From: Pyrinomonadaceae bacterium
GTDB taxonomy: Bacteria; Acidobacteriota; Blastocatellia; Pyrinomonadales; Pyrinomonadaceae
NCBI GenBank assembly: GCA_045403245.1
Contig: JAXIOV010000034.1
Coordinates: 3,942-67,941 of the forward strand
Length of the DNA: 64,000 nt
Direction: 5' to 3'
Below the pieces are notes generated by a model. The model did no database searches. It had not been told where the DNA came from and worked only from the letters and a program-made list of their open reading frames with translations. A program made the position numbers and the translations under genes. Positions 1 through 9,542 of the stretch are shown piece by piece (the first letter of the stretch is position 1; every line of letters begins with the position of its first letter).

Positions 1-233
1 TACGGGCGCTGGAGGAAGCTTTGGAAAACTTTGCCGGCTGCGCGGTGGTGATTTCGCACGACCGCTGGTTTCTGGATCGCATTGCCACGCACATGCTGGC
101 CTTTGAAGGGGACAGCAAGGTGGTGTGGTTTGAGGGCAATTATTCTGAATACGAAGCCGACCGCAAAGAACGATTGGGCGCCGCTGCCGAACAGCCACAC
201 CGGATCAAATACCGACAGTTGACACGCGGGTAA
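1..233 (+). CDS. ettA: ABC-F translational throttle ATPase EttA, C-terminal end (5' part lies outside the window)
   Basis: Open from base 3. [37 protein letters not shown]...HRIKY matches the conserved EttA C-terminus as I remember it. TAA stop at 231-233. Confidence 0.85.
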   Translation, partial: RALEEALENFAGCAVVISHDRWFLDRIATHMLAFEGDSKVVWFEGNYSEYEADRKERLGAAAEQPHRIKYRQLTRG

Positions 234-256
234 GCGTCGCGGCTCCGCCGCGACGC
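234..256 (+). terminator. GC hairpin directly after the ettA stop (candidate intrinsic terminator)
   Basis: GCGTCGCGG (234-242) pairs perfectly with CCGCGACGC (248-256) around a 5-nt loop. Only a weak T tract follows. Confidence 0.45.
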
Positions 257-267
257 TCTGTTCCCAA

Positions 268-290
268 CATCTGCTAATCTGCGGATAAAA
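268..290. repeat. AATCTGCGGAT-type short dispersed repeat, single copy
   Basis: catctgctaatctgcggataaaa shares the TAATCTGCGGAT core with copies at 1305, 11597, 60725 and 61541. Confidence 0.6.
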
Positions 291-301
291 CCTACTCCCT
301 A

Positions 302-1186
302 ATGGCGAAGAAGAGACCAACCAGCCAATCTACAGATTCGTCAAAGGCCCCAACAGGTTCGCCAAAGATCACAGCGAAAAACCTGGCTCAGAACCTTTTC
401 GCTGAGACCAACCGCGGGATGTTGTTTGACATCCTGATTTTCCTGGCGAACATTTTTTTGATGCGTTATCTGACCGGCTTGTTCATCGATCTGTTTCAGA
501 TGGTTTCGGCCGAGGATATATTTGCCAAACTCGGGCTTTCGTTAACCGCCGTGGCAATGTGGATCCTGCCCGCGTTGGGTGCCGTCTTGAAACGCCGACA
601 GCTTCATCGTCGACTCAAGGAAGAAGGCAGAAATTTTGATCCGGAAAACTCCATGCTCGCTGGATGCCTGTTCAATCCGATCTTCTACTTTTGTCTAAAC
701 CTGGTATTGACCGCAGCAATCATGACTGGTTTGGCCGAGGTGTTTTTCGGTAAGCGACTGGTGAATAACGAGCCTCTCTTCGTCAGCTTCGTCATCGTGG
801 GTTTTATCCTGACGGTTATTCAGACCATCTTGATCTATCTCTATTTCTTACCGCCGAAGAAGCCGGCGCGAATCGCGTTTCTTAATGACCCCAGGAGCGA
901 AGGCCTCGGCGACATCTGCCTTTTTCTGAACATGATCCTGTTTCAGGTTGCCTGGAATCTATTGGCATTTGCCGATCTGGGTTCGCCGTCGAGTGCTCTG
1001 GAGTTCGGCGGCAGACTTTTCGTTCTGTGTTTTCTTGCGCTGCTGATTTACTTTCCACCGCGAATGTTTTATTTAGCTGAAGACATTCACCGACCAAGAA
1101 CCTGGCTGACCATGCTCCTGGCGAACTCTCCGGTGATTTTGCGCCTTCTTTTTGGGGCGGGCTCGAGTACGATGATGTGGAACTGA
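302..1186 (+). CDS. Polytopic membrane protein of unknown function
   Basis: 294-aa ORF with a polar N-terminus followed by several long hydrophobic segments. No family recognised. Confidence 0.6.
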   Translation: MAKKRPTSQSTDSSKAPTGSPKITAKNLAQNLFAETNRGMLFDILIFLANIFLMRYLTGLFIDLFQMVSAEDIFAKLGLSLTAVAMWILPALGAVLKRRQLHRRLKEEGRNFDPENSMLAGCLFNPIFYFCLNLVLTAAIMTGLAEVFFGKRLVNNEPLFVSFVIVGFILTVIQTILIYLYFLPPKKPARIAFLNDPRSEGLGDICLFLNMILFQVAWNLLAFADLGSPSSALEFGGRLFVLCFLALLIYFPPRMFYLAEDIHRPRTWLTMLLANSPVILRLLFGAGSSTMMWN

Positions 1187-1196
1187 GAAAACCACT

Positions 1197-1333
1197 GTCC
1201 GCGGATTACACAGATTTCAATGACCAGGAGCGGGAGGCAGCGGCAGGCGCCAGGGGGCAAACTCTCTGCGCAACCCTGCTATCTCGTTCGCAGGTTAGCT
1301 CATTTGTCTGCGTAATCTGTAATCGGCGGATAG
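1197..1333. repeat. Inverted pair of GATTAC/CGGAT repeats bracketing about 90 nt (REP/BIME- or MITE-like unit)
   Basis: Left end is gtccgcggattacacagatttc (1197-1218). Right end is tgtctgcgtaatctgtaatcggcggatag (1305-1333), whose reverse complement reads ctatccgccgattacagattacgcaga. Confidence 0.6.
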
Positions 1334-1352
1334 TTTTGAGGACTAAAAAACG

Positions 1353-3302
1353 ATGACAATGAAAACTGCGCGCCTGACTATTTTGATCGCGGCCTTGATG
1401 GTTGGGGCCTACACGTTTCCTGACACGGCTTCAGCTCAAACTCCGCAACCGAGTCCCGGCTTACCGAGCGAGATGCCCTCAAACTTCGAGCCGACAAATT
1501 ACGGATTTGACCATGTCAGGCGCACCGTGATGATTCCAATGCGCGACGGCGTCAAACTGCACACAGTTATTCTCATTCCCAGGGGTGCGAAAGGAGCCCC
1601 GATGCTCTTGACGCGCACCCCGTATGACGCTGATACGCTCACCAGCCGCTCGAATAGCTCAGATCTCGGCTCGACATTGTACGGCTACGACAATGCCACT
1701 GACGTCATCGTCGAGGGCGGATACATTCGCGTGGTCCAGGACATTCGCGGCAAGTATGGGTCGGAAGGCGACTACGTGATGAACCGGCCGTTGCATGGTC
1801 CACAGAATCCCACGCCGGTGGATCATGCTACTGATACCTACGACACCATTGACTGGTTAGTGAAGAATGTTCCGGAGACAAACGGCAAGGTCGGCATTCT
1901 TGGGATTTCTTATGACGGCTTTCTGCCTTTGATGGCACTCATCAATCCACATCCTGCGCTGAAAGTGTCGGTGCCCATGAACCCAATGGTCGATGGCTGG
2001 ATGGGTGACGACTGGTTTCACAATGGCGCCTTTCGCCAGCAGGGCATGGGCTACATTTATGATCAGGAAGCTACGCGCAAGAATGAAATCAAGTGGTGGA
2101 CCAGTCATTACGACGACTACGACATGTTCATGCAGGCAGGCTCGGCCGGCGAGCTGGGCCGCCGCCGGGGACTCGAGCAGGTTGGGTTCTGGCGAAAAAT
2201 TCTGGAACACACGAGTTATGATGCCTACTGGCAGGATCAGGCCGTGGATAAGATACTCGCCAAACAGCCACTGAAAGTTCCGGTCATGCTGGTCCATAGT
2301 CTTTGGGACCAGGAAGATATTTATGGCGACATTGCCGTTTACAAAGCGATTGAACCCAAGGACACGAACAACGACAAAGTGTTTCTGGTCATGGGTCCCT
2401 GGTTCCACGGCCAGATGATCAGAGACGGTAGCTCGCTGGGCGCGATTAAGTTTGACAGCGACACCGCGTTGACATTTCGCCGCGAAGTTCTCCGTCCGTT
2501 TCTTGACCAATACTTGAAGGACGGCGCGCCGAAGGCGAACGTCGCACCGGTGGTAGCTTTTGAATCCGGCACGAATACCTGGCGGCGCCTGTCATCGTGG
2601 CCGGCGGGTTGCACCAGCGGTTGCACGTTGAAAGCAACTCCTCTTTATCTCGCGGCGGGTTTGAAAGCCGGCTTTGTAGCACCAAAGGCTGGAGACTCAC
2701 CCTACGAGGAGTACATCTCTGATCCGGCCAAGCCGGTGCCGTACCGGGCGCGGCCGATCGACGGCAGTAGCTGGTCGCGTTGGCTGGTAGACGATCAGCG
2801 CGAGGCATCAGGGCGTCCGGACGTGGTGGCGTTTGTGTCTGAAACACTGACCGCGCCGGTGAAGATCAGTGGCGAGCCCATAGCGAACCTGATCGCTTCA
2901 ACCAGCGGCACCGACTCCGACTGGGTGGTGAAATTGATCGATCTGTATCCTGATCAAGTTGCCGGTCAACCAAATATGGGCGGTTACCAGCTGATGGTTT
3001 CCGCTGACGTGTTTCGCGGGCGTTATCGAGAGAGCTTTGAAACGCCAAAGCCGATAGCGGCAAATGCGCCTCTGCGTTACCGGTTTGCACTGCCCACAGC
3101 AAACCATGTATTTCTGCCGGGCCACCGCATCATGGTGCAGGTACAGTCAAGCTGGTTTCCACTCTACGATCGGAATCCGCAGAAGTTTGTGCCAAACATC
3201 ATGTGGGCCAGGCCGGGCGATTATCAAAAGGCTACGCAGCGGATCTATCACACACCGGGTCAGGCGAGCTTTATAGAATTGCCGCTGGTCACGAATCAGT
3301 AG
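1353..3302 (+). CDS. CocE/NonD family hydrolase (peptidase S15, X-Pro dipeptidyl-peptidase-like), secreted
   Basis: 649 aa with an N-terminal signal peptide (LTILIAALMVGAYTFPDTASA), a GISYDGF nucleophile elbow, and length and C-terminal beta domain typical of the family. Confidence 0.85.
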   Translation: MTMKTARLTILIAALMVGAYTFPDTASAQTPQPSPGLPSEMPSNFEPTNYGFDHVRRTVMIPMRDGVKLHTVILIPRGAKGAPMLLTRTPYDADTLTSRSNSSDLGSTLYGYDNATDVIVEGGYIRVVQDIRGKYGSEGDYVMNRPLHGPQNPTPVDHATDTYDTIDWLVKNVPETNGKVGILGISYDGFLPLMALINPHPALKVSVPMNPMVDGWMGDDWFHNGAFRQQGMGYIYDQEATRKNEIKWWTSHYDDYDMFMQAGSAGELGRRRGLEQVGFWRKILEHTSYDAYWQDQAVDKILAKQPLKVPVMLVHSLWDQEDIYGDIAVYKAIEPKDTNNDKVFLVMGPWFHGQMIRDGSSLGAIKFDSDTALTFRREVLRPFLDQYLKDGAPKANVAPVVAFESGTNTWRRLSSWPAGCTSGCTLKATPLYLAAGLKAGFVAPKAGDSPYEEYISDPAKPVPYRARPIDGSSWSRWLVDDQREASGRPDVVAFVSETLTAPVKISGEPIANLIASTSGTDSDWVVKLIDLYPDQVAGQPNMGGYQLMVSADVFRGRYRESFETPKPIAANAPLRYRFALPTANHVFLPGHRIMVQVQSSWFPLYDRNPQKFVPNIMWARPGDYQKATQRIYHTPGQASFIELPLVTNQ

Positions 3303-3378
3303 GCTGCCCGGTGGCAGGATTACTCCAGGTTGACGATCTTCGAATATGTCTGACACGTAACGCAACTATTACACCGAT

Positions 3379-3858
3379 ATGCAACTGCTCCTGCTCCTCT
3401 TCCTTCTAGTGCTTCCATTTCTGATCCTGACGCTGGTGGACCGCGTCACGAAATGGAAAATTGCAGCGGCCAAGAGAGCGCGCGTCGGCTTGTCGCTCTT
3501 CTTTCTGTTTACCGCCCTCGGTCATTTCGTCAGGACCGAGGAGATGGCTGCGATGGTCCCATTTGCAGCCGGTTACCGCAACGCGATCATTTATCTGACC
3601 GGTGTCCTGGAACTGCTCGGCGCTATTGGCGTCTGGATTCCTCGTCTGACGAAACTAACCGGCATCTGCCTAATTCTCATGCTCATCGCTGTCTTGCCGG
3701 CGAACGTATATTCAGCAATTAACCACATTCAGTTTGGCGGACACGGGTCGGGCCCGGTTTACTTGCTGGTTCGGGTGCCCTTCCAGTTGTTTGTTATGTG
3801 GTGGACGTATTTCGCGACGGAACAGAATTGGTTCGGCAGAGCGCCGAAGAGCGCATGA
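3379..3858 (+). CDS. DoxX-like small membrane protein
   Basis: 159 aa with four hydrophobic helices. The GVLELLGAIGVWIP...LPANVYSA pattern resembles DoxX-type proteins. Confidence 0.5.
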   Translation: MQLLLLLFLLVLPFLILTLVDRVTKWKIAAAKRARVGLSLFFLFTALGHFVRTEEMAAMVPFAAGYRNAIIYLTGVLELLGAIGVWIPRLTKLTGICLILMLIAVLPANVYSAINHIQFGGHGSGPVYLLVRVPFQLFVMWWTYFATEQNWFGRAPKSA

Positions 3859-4244
3859 CAATTCACTTCAGCCGGTATTTGGCGATTGTCGGCGGTATTC
3901 TAACGCCACTCGCCGAGACGATGCGCAGGTGGAGTACCTGGCGCGAATCCCCGGCGAATCTTTTCGACGACTACATCCTGGGTGCGTTTTTGCTTTACGC
4001 AGCATGGCGGGCCGGCAAGGACATCTACGCGGGTCAGAAATACCTCGCCGCAGCCTGGGCCTTTGCGTGCGGACTGGGCTACTACAGCTTCTTCGGACAG
4101 TTGCAGAGTGTACGGTTGCGCCAGGGCGATCCCGCAGCCATCGGTGCAGAGTGGGTTTTAGTAATCAAAGGAGTGGCGGTGGCGCTGGCAGTAATTGCAC
4201 TGATTGTAAGTTTGCGGCGATTGCCGGATCGAAAGGCGGACTGA
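3855..4244 (+). CDS. Membrane protein of unknown function, translationally coupled to the DoxX-like gene
   Basis: The ATG at 3855 overlaps the upstream TGA (ATGA). MTIHFSRYLAIVGGILTPL... is hydrophobic. The longer ORF start at 3798 lies inside the upstream gene. Confidence 0.5.
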   Translation: MTIHFSRYLAIVGGILTPLAETMRRWSTWRESPANLFDDYILGAFLLYAAWRAGKDIYAGQKYLAAAWAFACGLGYYSFFGQLQSVRLRQGDPAAIGAEWVLVIKGVAVALAVIALIVSLRRLPDRKAD

Positions 4245-4254
4245 CGAGATTGCG

Positions 4255-4860
4255 ATGACCAAAGGACGACTGGAGGCGTTTAGCGACGGTGTGATCGCGA
4301 TAATCATCACCATCATGGTGCTGGAGTTGAGACCGCCGCATGAAGATAACCTGGCGGCGCTGGCACCACTCATTCCGACAGCGCTTAGCTACGTGTTGAG
4401 TTTTGTCTTCCTCGGCATCTACTGGAGCAATCATCACCATTTGCTGCACGCAGTCAGTCACGTAAACGGCCGCGTGCTGTGGTCGAATCTGCACTTGCTT
4501 TTCTGGTTGTCCCTGATTCCCTTCGCGACCGCCTGGATGGGTGAAAACCACTTTGGGTCGTGGGCGGTTGCGCTTTACGGGACGGTGTTGTTGTTTGCCG
4601 CAATCGCATACTTCATCCTCGTTCGTTCACTGCTCTCCCTGCACGGGAAGGACTCGTTTTTGGCGACGGCGCTCGGTAGAGACTTCAAAGGCAAGATATC
4701 GATCGTCATCTATCTCGTGGCGATTCCACTCGCATTTGTAAAGCCGGTGCTGGCTTGCGGCATCTACGTAATGGCCGCAATCATGTGGCTTATTCCCGAT
4801 CGACGAATCGAGAAAAAACTGGACCCCGACTCACTGATCGCAAGATCGAAAACCCGCTGA
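4255..4860 (+). CDS. TMEM175 family (DUF1211) potassium channel homologue
   Basis: N-terminal RLEAFSDGVIAIIITIMVLEL signature (RxxxFSD helix 1) followed by six hydrophobic helices. Confidence 0.8.
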   Translation: MTKGRLEAFSDGVIAIIITIMVLELRPPHEDNLAALAPLIPTALSYVLSFVFLGIYWSNHHHLLHAVSHVNGRVLWSNLHLLFWLSLIPFATAWMGENHFGSWAVALYGTVLLFAAIAYFILVRSLLSLHGKDSFLATALGRDFKGKISIVIYLVAIPLAFVKPVLACGIYVMAAIMWLIPDRRIEKKLDPDSLIARSKTR

Positions 4861-4864
4861 TCCG

Positions 4865-5260
4865 ATGAAATCCCGGAGCCCGAAAACAAAACGTCGATTA
4901 CCCGGGGATGTGGTGACCGCAATTCGCGACAGCAAAATCCTCGGAGTCCGCGCCGGTATGAAGCCGCACCGGATCATCGGCATCTGGCCGGTGGTGGTTG
5001 AGGGACGAGTGTTTGTGCGGTCATGGAGTTTGAAACCAAGAAGCTGGTATCGCACGTTTCTCGAAGATCCGCGCGGGGTTATCCAGATCGGTGATCGCGA
5101 GATCAAGGTGCGGGCCGTAGAAACCCGAAGTGAGCGGATCAAGGATGAGGTCGACCGAGCTTACCGCGAAAAATTCGACACGCCGGGTTCACTGCACTTT
5201 GTTCGCGGCTTTGCACAAAAGAAGCGCCGGGACACAACTACTGAGTTGTTGCCTCGGTAA
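4865..5260 (+). CDS. Small basic protein, DUF2255-like
   Basis: 131 aa. The HRIIGIWPVVVEGRVFVRSW...IKVRAVE pattern resembles DUF2255; this assignment is from memory only. Confidence 0.45.
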   Translation: MKSRSPKTKRRLPGDVVTAIRDSKILGVRAGMKPHRIIGIWPVVVEGRVFVRSWSLKPRSWYRTFLEDPRGVIQIGDREIKVRAVETRSERIKDEVDRAYREKFDTPGSLHFVRGFAQKKRRDTTTELLPR

Positions 5261-5630
5261 GCCGTTTGGGACGCGGCGTGGTCCGGGGGCGGTAGCCCGA
5301 CTGTTTAAGGAGGGCTCCGGTCACCAGACACTCAAACGTTTCGTCTGTCGCCGTTTCGTTTGGGTTCCTCAGGCTCGAGATGAAACAAACCTAGATTGGC
5401 GATACGATTATCAAGTATGATGCAGGGTGAGTAACCCGGATCTTCGCTTTCCCATTTGATCGACGCCTGACATAGCAATAATTCTCAACTTATGCAGGAC
5501 TGGAATTCTATTCTGAGTGTTCGTCGTGTGATTCTCTGCGGAGCCTCCCGAAGCCGGCGCATGGTATGGGTGCTCTTCGCATAAGAACTATAACGCCTTT
5601 TCTTCACCCTCCGAGCGAAAGGAACAAACC

Positions 5631-6089
5631 ATGAGACTGATCAAAAGCTTCGCGTTACTCTTAGCCAGCATTGCATTCATGATGCTCGTTAGCGGTAAGA
5701 CCGGACAAGCCACTCCTCCACCTCCAATACCAAATCCCGTGCTGTATTTTGTCGGAGCCGAGTACTTCAGTCAGGGCGGGAAAGAATTAACGCGCTACCG
5801 GTACAACGTTGACAACTTTGCCGCCTTTCCGGATGCGATGTTCGCTGCGGCTCCCGCACTGCCGCCCTGCGGAGCCAACACCAACTCCTCGCGCAGCTGG
5901 GTGGATATTTACGATTCAAGGGGCAAGAGGTTGAACGGTTTTTGCGCCCTGGGGAAAGCAGAGAATCTCAATGGGATCTGGTTTGCCTTGGAGACGGAGG
6001 AGGTTCCGCCGAGTTATATCTACATCGAAATAAACGATCGCCAGACGAACACCAAATACAAATCCAACCTCGCTGATACCACCCTGTGA
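5631..6089 (+). CDS. Secreted small protein of unknown function
   Basis: Signal peptide MRLIKSFALLLASIAFMMLVSG, a proline-rich linker, two Cys residues, and AAAGGAAC upstream of the ATG. Confidence 0.55.
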   Translation: MRLIKSFALLLASIAFMMLVSGKTGQATPPPPIPNPVLYFVGAEYFSQGGKELTRYRYNVDNFAAFPDAMFAAAPALPPCGANTNSSRSWVDIYDSRGKRLNGFCALGKAENLNGIWFALETEEVPPSYIYIEINDRQTNTKYKSNLADTTL

Positions 6090-6167
6090 CATAACGTTCA
6101 TCCAGGAGATGGTGATCGACGTGGATCAGTGAGAACTCGCCGAGCGTTCTCGTCAGCGCGCAGAAGG

Positions 6168-7082
6168 CTATTTCAACTCCAGGTCAGCGACCACAGGCAA
6201 GTGGTCCGAGGCGAGTGTATTCACAATCCACGCTTTCTTCGTCTTCACGCGGTCCGTTTTTCGGCTGAACACAAAATCAATTCGCTTTGCCGGCCGGTCG
6301 GCGGGATAACTGAGACCGGCGTCACTGCCACGACCGCGCAGCCACGCGTCGTGAAACCCCTGCGACAACAATTTGTAGGTAGCCCCTGACGGTTCGTCAT
6401 TGAAATCCCCAACCACAATCAACGGACCCTTCACGTGCTGAAGAAACTTCAGCATTTGTTCAGCCTCAAACAGCCGGCCGTCGGCGTACTGGTAATCAAG
6501 GTGGGTAGTTACAAAGTTGATCGTGTTACCACCGACCGCGACCTCAACGCGAATCATGCCGCGACGTTCTGCTTCGCGTAGGTTTTCGTACTTTCGATGG
6601 TCGATGGTTCGAATCGGAAAGCGAGACAGAATCGCGACGCCGTACTGCCCGCCTTGATAGTCAAGGTTGTGTGCAAAGGCGTACTGCATTCCAGTCATGC
6701 CGGCCAGCTCCTCGATTTCATCTCTGCCTTCGGTGCGCTTCACGCCCCGGTCAACTTCCTGCAAGCCGACCAGGTCAGGGCGTTCGTGGTTGATCACATC
6801 GGCGATTCTTTGCAGATCCAATTTCTTGTCGATTCCTACACCAACGTGAATGTTGTAAGTCATCACGCGCAGGTTTTGTCTTGACGCGTGGCGCGATGCT
6901 AGAAAGGCCGTTGGACCATAAGAGAAACAAGTTGCTAATAGAAGGAGGGCCAGCAAAGGAAAGGCCTGCAAATAATTGACCCGGGACGGTCTTGTACCGG
7001 CCGACAAGCGGGAGCAAGCAGCCGTTTCCGACCCCGAGCTGATTAGACTGGCTCCCTGATCTTGTGATTGACAGGTTTTCAA
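6168..7082 (-). CDS. Endonuclease/exonuclease/phosphatase (EEP) family protein, membrane-anchored or secreted
   Basis: MTYNIHVGVGID...PDLVGLQEVD and the C-terminal SDHLPVVADL are typical EEP motifs. A hydrophobic anchor LLALLLLATCF is present. Confidence 0.8.
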   Translation of the reverse strand: MKTCQSQDQGASLISSGSETAACSRLSAGTRPSRVNYLQAFPLLALLLLATCFSYGPTAFLASRHASRQNLRVMTYNIHVGVGIDKKLDLQRIADVINHERPDLVGLQEVDRGVKRTEGRDEIEELAGMTGMQYAFAHNLDYQGGQYGVAILSRFPIRTIDHRKYENLREAERRGMIRVEVAVGGNTINFVTTHLDYQYADGRLFEAEQMLKFLQHVKGPLIVVGDFNDEPSGATYKLLSQGFHDAWLRGRGSDAGLSYPADRPAKRIDFVFSRKTDRVKTKKAWIVNTLASDHLPVVADLELK

Positions 7083-7168
7083 TGATTGATGGCTGTTCTG
7101 GTTGGTGAAATCGCGTGGCTCATTCTAACATGTCGGCGAGTCTTCATTTGTTGGCGCTCAGCTAAAGC

Positions 7169-7945
7169 TTGAAACTTCAACTGCTCCCCAGTCTCATGAT
7201 GGTGGCTGCGGCTTTCGCCGCGGGCGTAATCAATTCGATTGCCGGTGGCGGCACATTGATTACGTTCCCGGTCCTCATCTGGCTGGGCCTCGATCCAAAA
7301 ATTGCAAATGCAACGAGCACGGTGGCGCTCTGGCCCGGTCTCTTCGGCGGTCTTTTTGGTTATCGACGCGAACTTGAAAACAGTTCCACCATACTCTTGC
7401 GCCTCGGAATCACCAGTGTCATTGGTGGCGCCATCGGGGCGTGGCTGCTGATCTGGACGCCATCGCCGACGTTTGCTCGCCTGGTTCCCTTCCTGATTCT
7501 ATTTGCGACAATTCTTTTCATGGCCGGTGGTTCGATCAATCGCCGCCTGCGCCTTCAGCCAATCGTCGATAAACCAAAGACCTCCTGGTGGTTGGGCGCA
7601 ATTGTCTTCCAGTTTTTCTCGTCGATGTATGGAGGCTACTTCGGCGCCGGCAATGGAATTCTGATGCTGGCGGCGATGGGTTTGCTTGGCCTGCACGAAC
7701 TTAACCGTGCAAACGGCATCAAGAATTTTCTGGGAATTTGCATTAACAGCATCGCCGTCCTGAGCTTCGGCATTTCCGGTCTGGTGGTTTGGCCGGTGGC
7801 CTTGCTAATGGCTGGTGCCGCTCTGATTGGTGGCTACTTCGGCGCCCAGACGGCGGTACGCGTCGGACAGGTGACGGTGCGTCGCGCGATCGTGGCAATT
7901 GGATTTGTCATCACTTTCGCCATGCTATGGAAGCTCTGGGGTTAA
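7169..7945 (+). CDS. TauE/SafE family sulfite/anion exporter
   Basis: 258 aa and polytopic, with the GVINSIAGGGTLITFPVL motif near the N-terminus and a repeated half. TTG start; an ATG alternative lies at 7196. Confidence 0.8.
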   Translation: MKLQLLPSLMMVAAAFAAGVINSIAGGGTLITFPVLIWLGLDPKIANATSTVALWPGLFGGLFGYRRELENSSTILLRLGITSVIGGAIGAWLLIWTPSPTFARLVPFLILFATILFMAGGSINRRLRLQPIVDKPKTSWWLGAIVFQFFSSMYGGYFGAGNGILMLAAMGLLGLHELNRANGIKNFLGICINSIAVLSFGISGLVVWPVALLMAGAALIGGYFGAQTAVRVGQVTVRRAIVAIGFVITFAMLWKLWG

Positions 7946-8101
7946 CGCGGCTTGCCGCCTTCCGTGCGGTAAGGCTGTGCCTTACCGGATCCGGCTTGAG
8001 AATTCTTGAGGCTGTGCCTCCGGAAAGGCGTAGCCTCACGAAGATTCTGGATACCGTGTGGTAAGGCTGAGCCTTGCCACACGGAGGGCGGCCAAGCCGC
8101 G
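7946..8101. repeat. About 155-nt nested palindromic element filling the TauE-glycosylase spacer
   Basis: The outer arms cgcggcttgccgcc (7946-) and ggcggccaagccgcg (-8101) are inverted. Four internal RAGGC-N3/4-GCCTY hairpins are present (aaggctgtgcctt, gaggctgtgcctc, aaggcgtagcctc, aaggctgagcctt). Confidence 0.6.
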
Positions 8102-8114
8102 ATAAATTCAACTA

Positions 8115-8732
8115 GTGACCCAAACAAAGAACACTTCCCCAAAACTCCCACGCGAGTTTTACGTTCGTTCCAACGTCCTCACGGTGGCGCGGGAATTATT
8201 AGGCAAGCTCTTAGTGGTTCCAGCACGCAACGGCACTCGCGTTTCAGGTTTTATCGTGGAGGCAGAAGCCTACCGTGGCCCGCAGGATCGCGCCGCTCAC
8301 TCCTACGACGGCCGGCGCACAAAACGAACCGAGCCAATGTATGGAATTGGCGGGACCGCTTATGTTTTCTTCGTCTACGGGATGTACAACCAATTCAATG
8401 TGGTAACGAACGCCGCGGAAGTTCCCCACGCAGTTCTGATTCGCGCCGTCGAGCCAGTTGAAGGAATCGAACTGATGAGAAAACGTCGTCGCGGCCAACC
8501 GGATCACAACCTCAGCAACGGACCAGGCAAGCTGTGTGTCGCTATGGGAATTGATCGCAAACTCGACGGCGTAGATTTGCTGGGAAGCAGAGTTTGGCTC
8601 GAAGAGGGCAAGAAGATTCCGCGCTCCCAAATCGCGTCCGGCCCACGCATTGGCATCGATTACGCCGGCGAATGGGTCGCTAAGCCCTGGCGCTTCTGGG
8701 TGAAGGACAATCCCTACGTTAGCGGACGGTAG
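8115..8732 (+). CDS. DNA-3-methyladenine glycosylase (AAG/Mpg family)
   Basis: VARELLGKLLV...EAEAYRGPQDRAAHSYDGRRTKRTEPMYG..GTAYVFFVYGMYNQFNVV is the family signature. GTG start. Confidence 0.85.
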   Translation: MTQTKNTSPKLPREFYVRSNVLTVARELLGKLLVVPARNGTRVSGFIVEAEAYRGPQDRAAHSYDGRRTKRTEPMYGIGGTAYVFFVYGMYNQFNVVTNAAEVPHAVLIRAVEPVEGIELMRKRRRGQPDHNLSNGPGKLCVAMGIDRKLDGVDLLGSRVWLEEGKKIPRSQIASGPRIGIDYAGEWVAKPWRFWVKDNPYVSGR

Positions 8733-8945
8733 CTTTAGGAAAAGATAGCCTCAGTTTGCGGGCGGTTGACCAAATCGTTCATCAATAAGGAAGGTTATTC
8801 TCAGCGCAAAAGATTCAACTCGCTCGGTCTCTGATAGAATGCTTGCAAGAGTATTGGACTGTCGTTCCGCCGCCTTGTTCAATTCCCCGCTCAAGTTTTG
8901 CCCTCTTATTGATAGAGTGCACTCAACGAAGGATTACCCTGACGC

Positions 8946-9230
8946 CTATTCTCCTGACTCAGTGGTTCCTCTGGACCTTCGAGCGGCCGGCGCACCGCGA
9001 AGCAAACCCTCGGAGCTTAAGTCTTCATCGATATCTTCCCAGTGAATTCCATAACCTGCACCGCTAATCTTCCAGTTGGCCTTCTGCTCTTGGGTCGCGT
9101 GTAAAAGACGTGGATACCATGCAAGGGGCACCGAAATCGTCCGTCCATCTTTCAATCGAACGCTCAACTCGTCCTCACCTACGTTCACATCTGCGACTCG
9201 CTCATCAGCCGCTAATGCCAAAATGCCCAT
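8946..9230 (-). CDS. DUF2442 domain protein
   Basis: 94 aa. The LSVRLKDGRTISVPLAWYPRLLHATQEQKANWKISGAGYGIHWEDIDEDLS pattern is typical of DUF2442. Confidence 0.7.
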   Translation of the reverse strand: MGILALAADERVADVNVGEDELSVRLKDGRTISVPLAWYPRLLHATQEQKANWKISGAGYGIHWEDIDEDLSSEGLLRGAPAARRSRGTTESGE

Positions 9231-9426
9231 TCCATTCCTCCAGCAGGTCAGCTTCGTTTTCTGAGATTAGCTCAACTACCCTCAATTCCTTAGCGCTAAA
9301 CCCGAAATTACGCGAAAGGCTAATCGGATTCAACCAAAATTTGGCCGAAAGGTCGTCCCTGTCAACGTGGACATGTGGCGATTTCATTGGGTTCATGACT
9401 ATAAAAATAGACTCGGTAAGGTCCAC
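9205..9426 (-). CDS. DUF4160 domain protein
   Basis: 73 aa. IFIVMNP..SPHVHVDRDDLSAKFWLNPISL matches the DUF4160 pattern, and the gene overlaps the downstream DUF2442 gene. Confidence 0.7.
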   Translation of the reverse strand: MDLTESIFIVMNPMKSPHVHVDRDDLSAKFWLNPISLSRNFGFSAKELRVVELISENEADLLEEWNGHFGISG

Positions 9427-9542
9427 TTCTCAATACCGTCGGCATTTGTAAGGATTATACAGAATAGAGCTCGAATGTAGCTGAGCAAGTGCTGCCCAAG
9501 GCTTCATTGCTTGAGTTCCTCGAACAGGGTAGGATCTGCCTC

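Noticed and set aside
1857-2510. 217-aa minus-strand ORF inside the S15 hydrolase gene, along with the other nested ORFs between 1993 and 3365.
   Set aside because: It lies entirely within a well-supported, conserved plus-strand gene. Such ORFs are a typical GC-rich antisense artefact.
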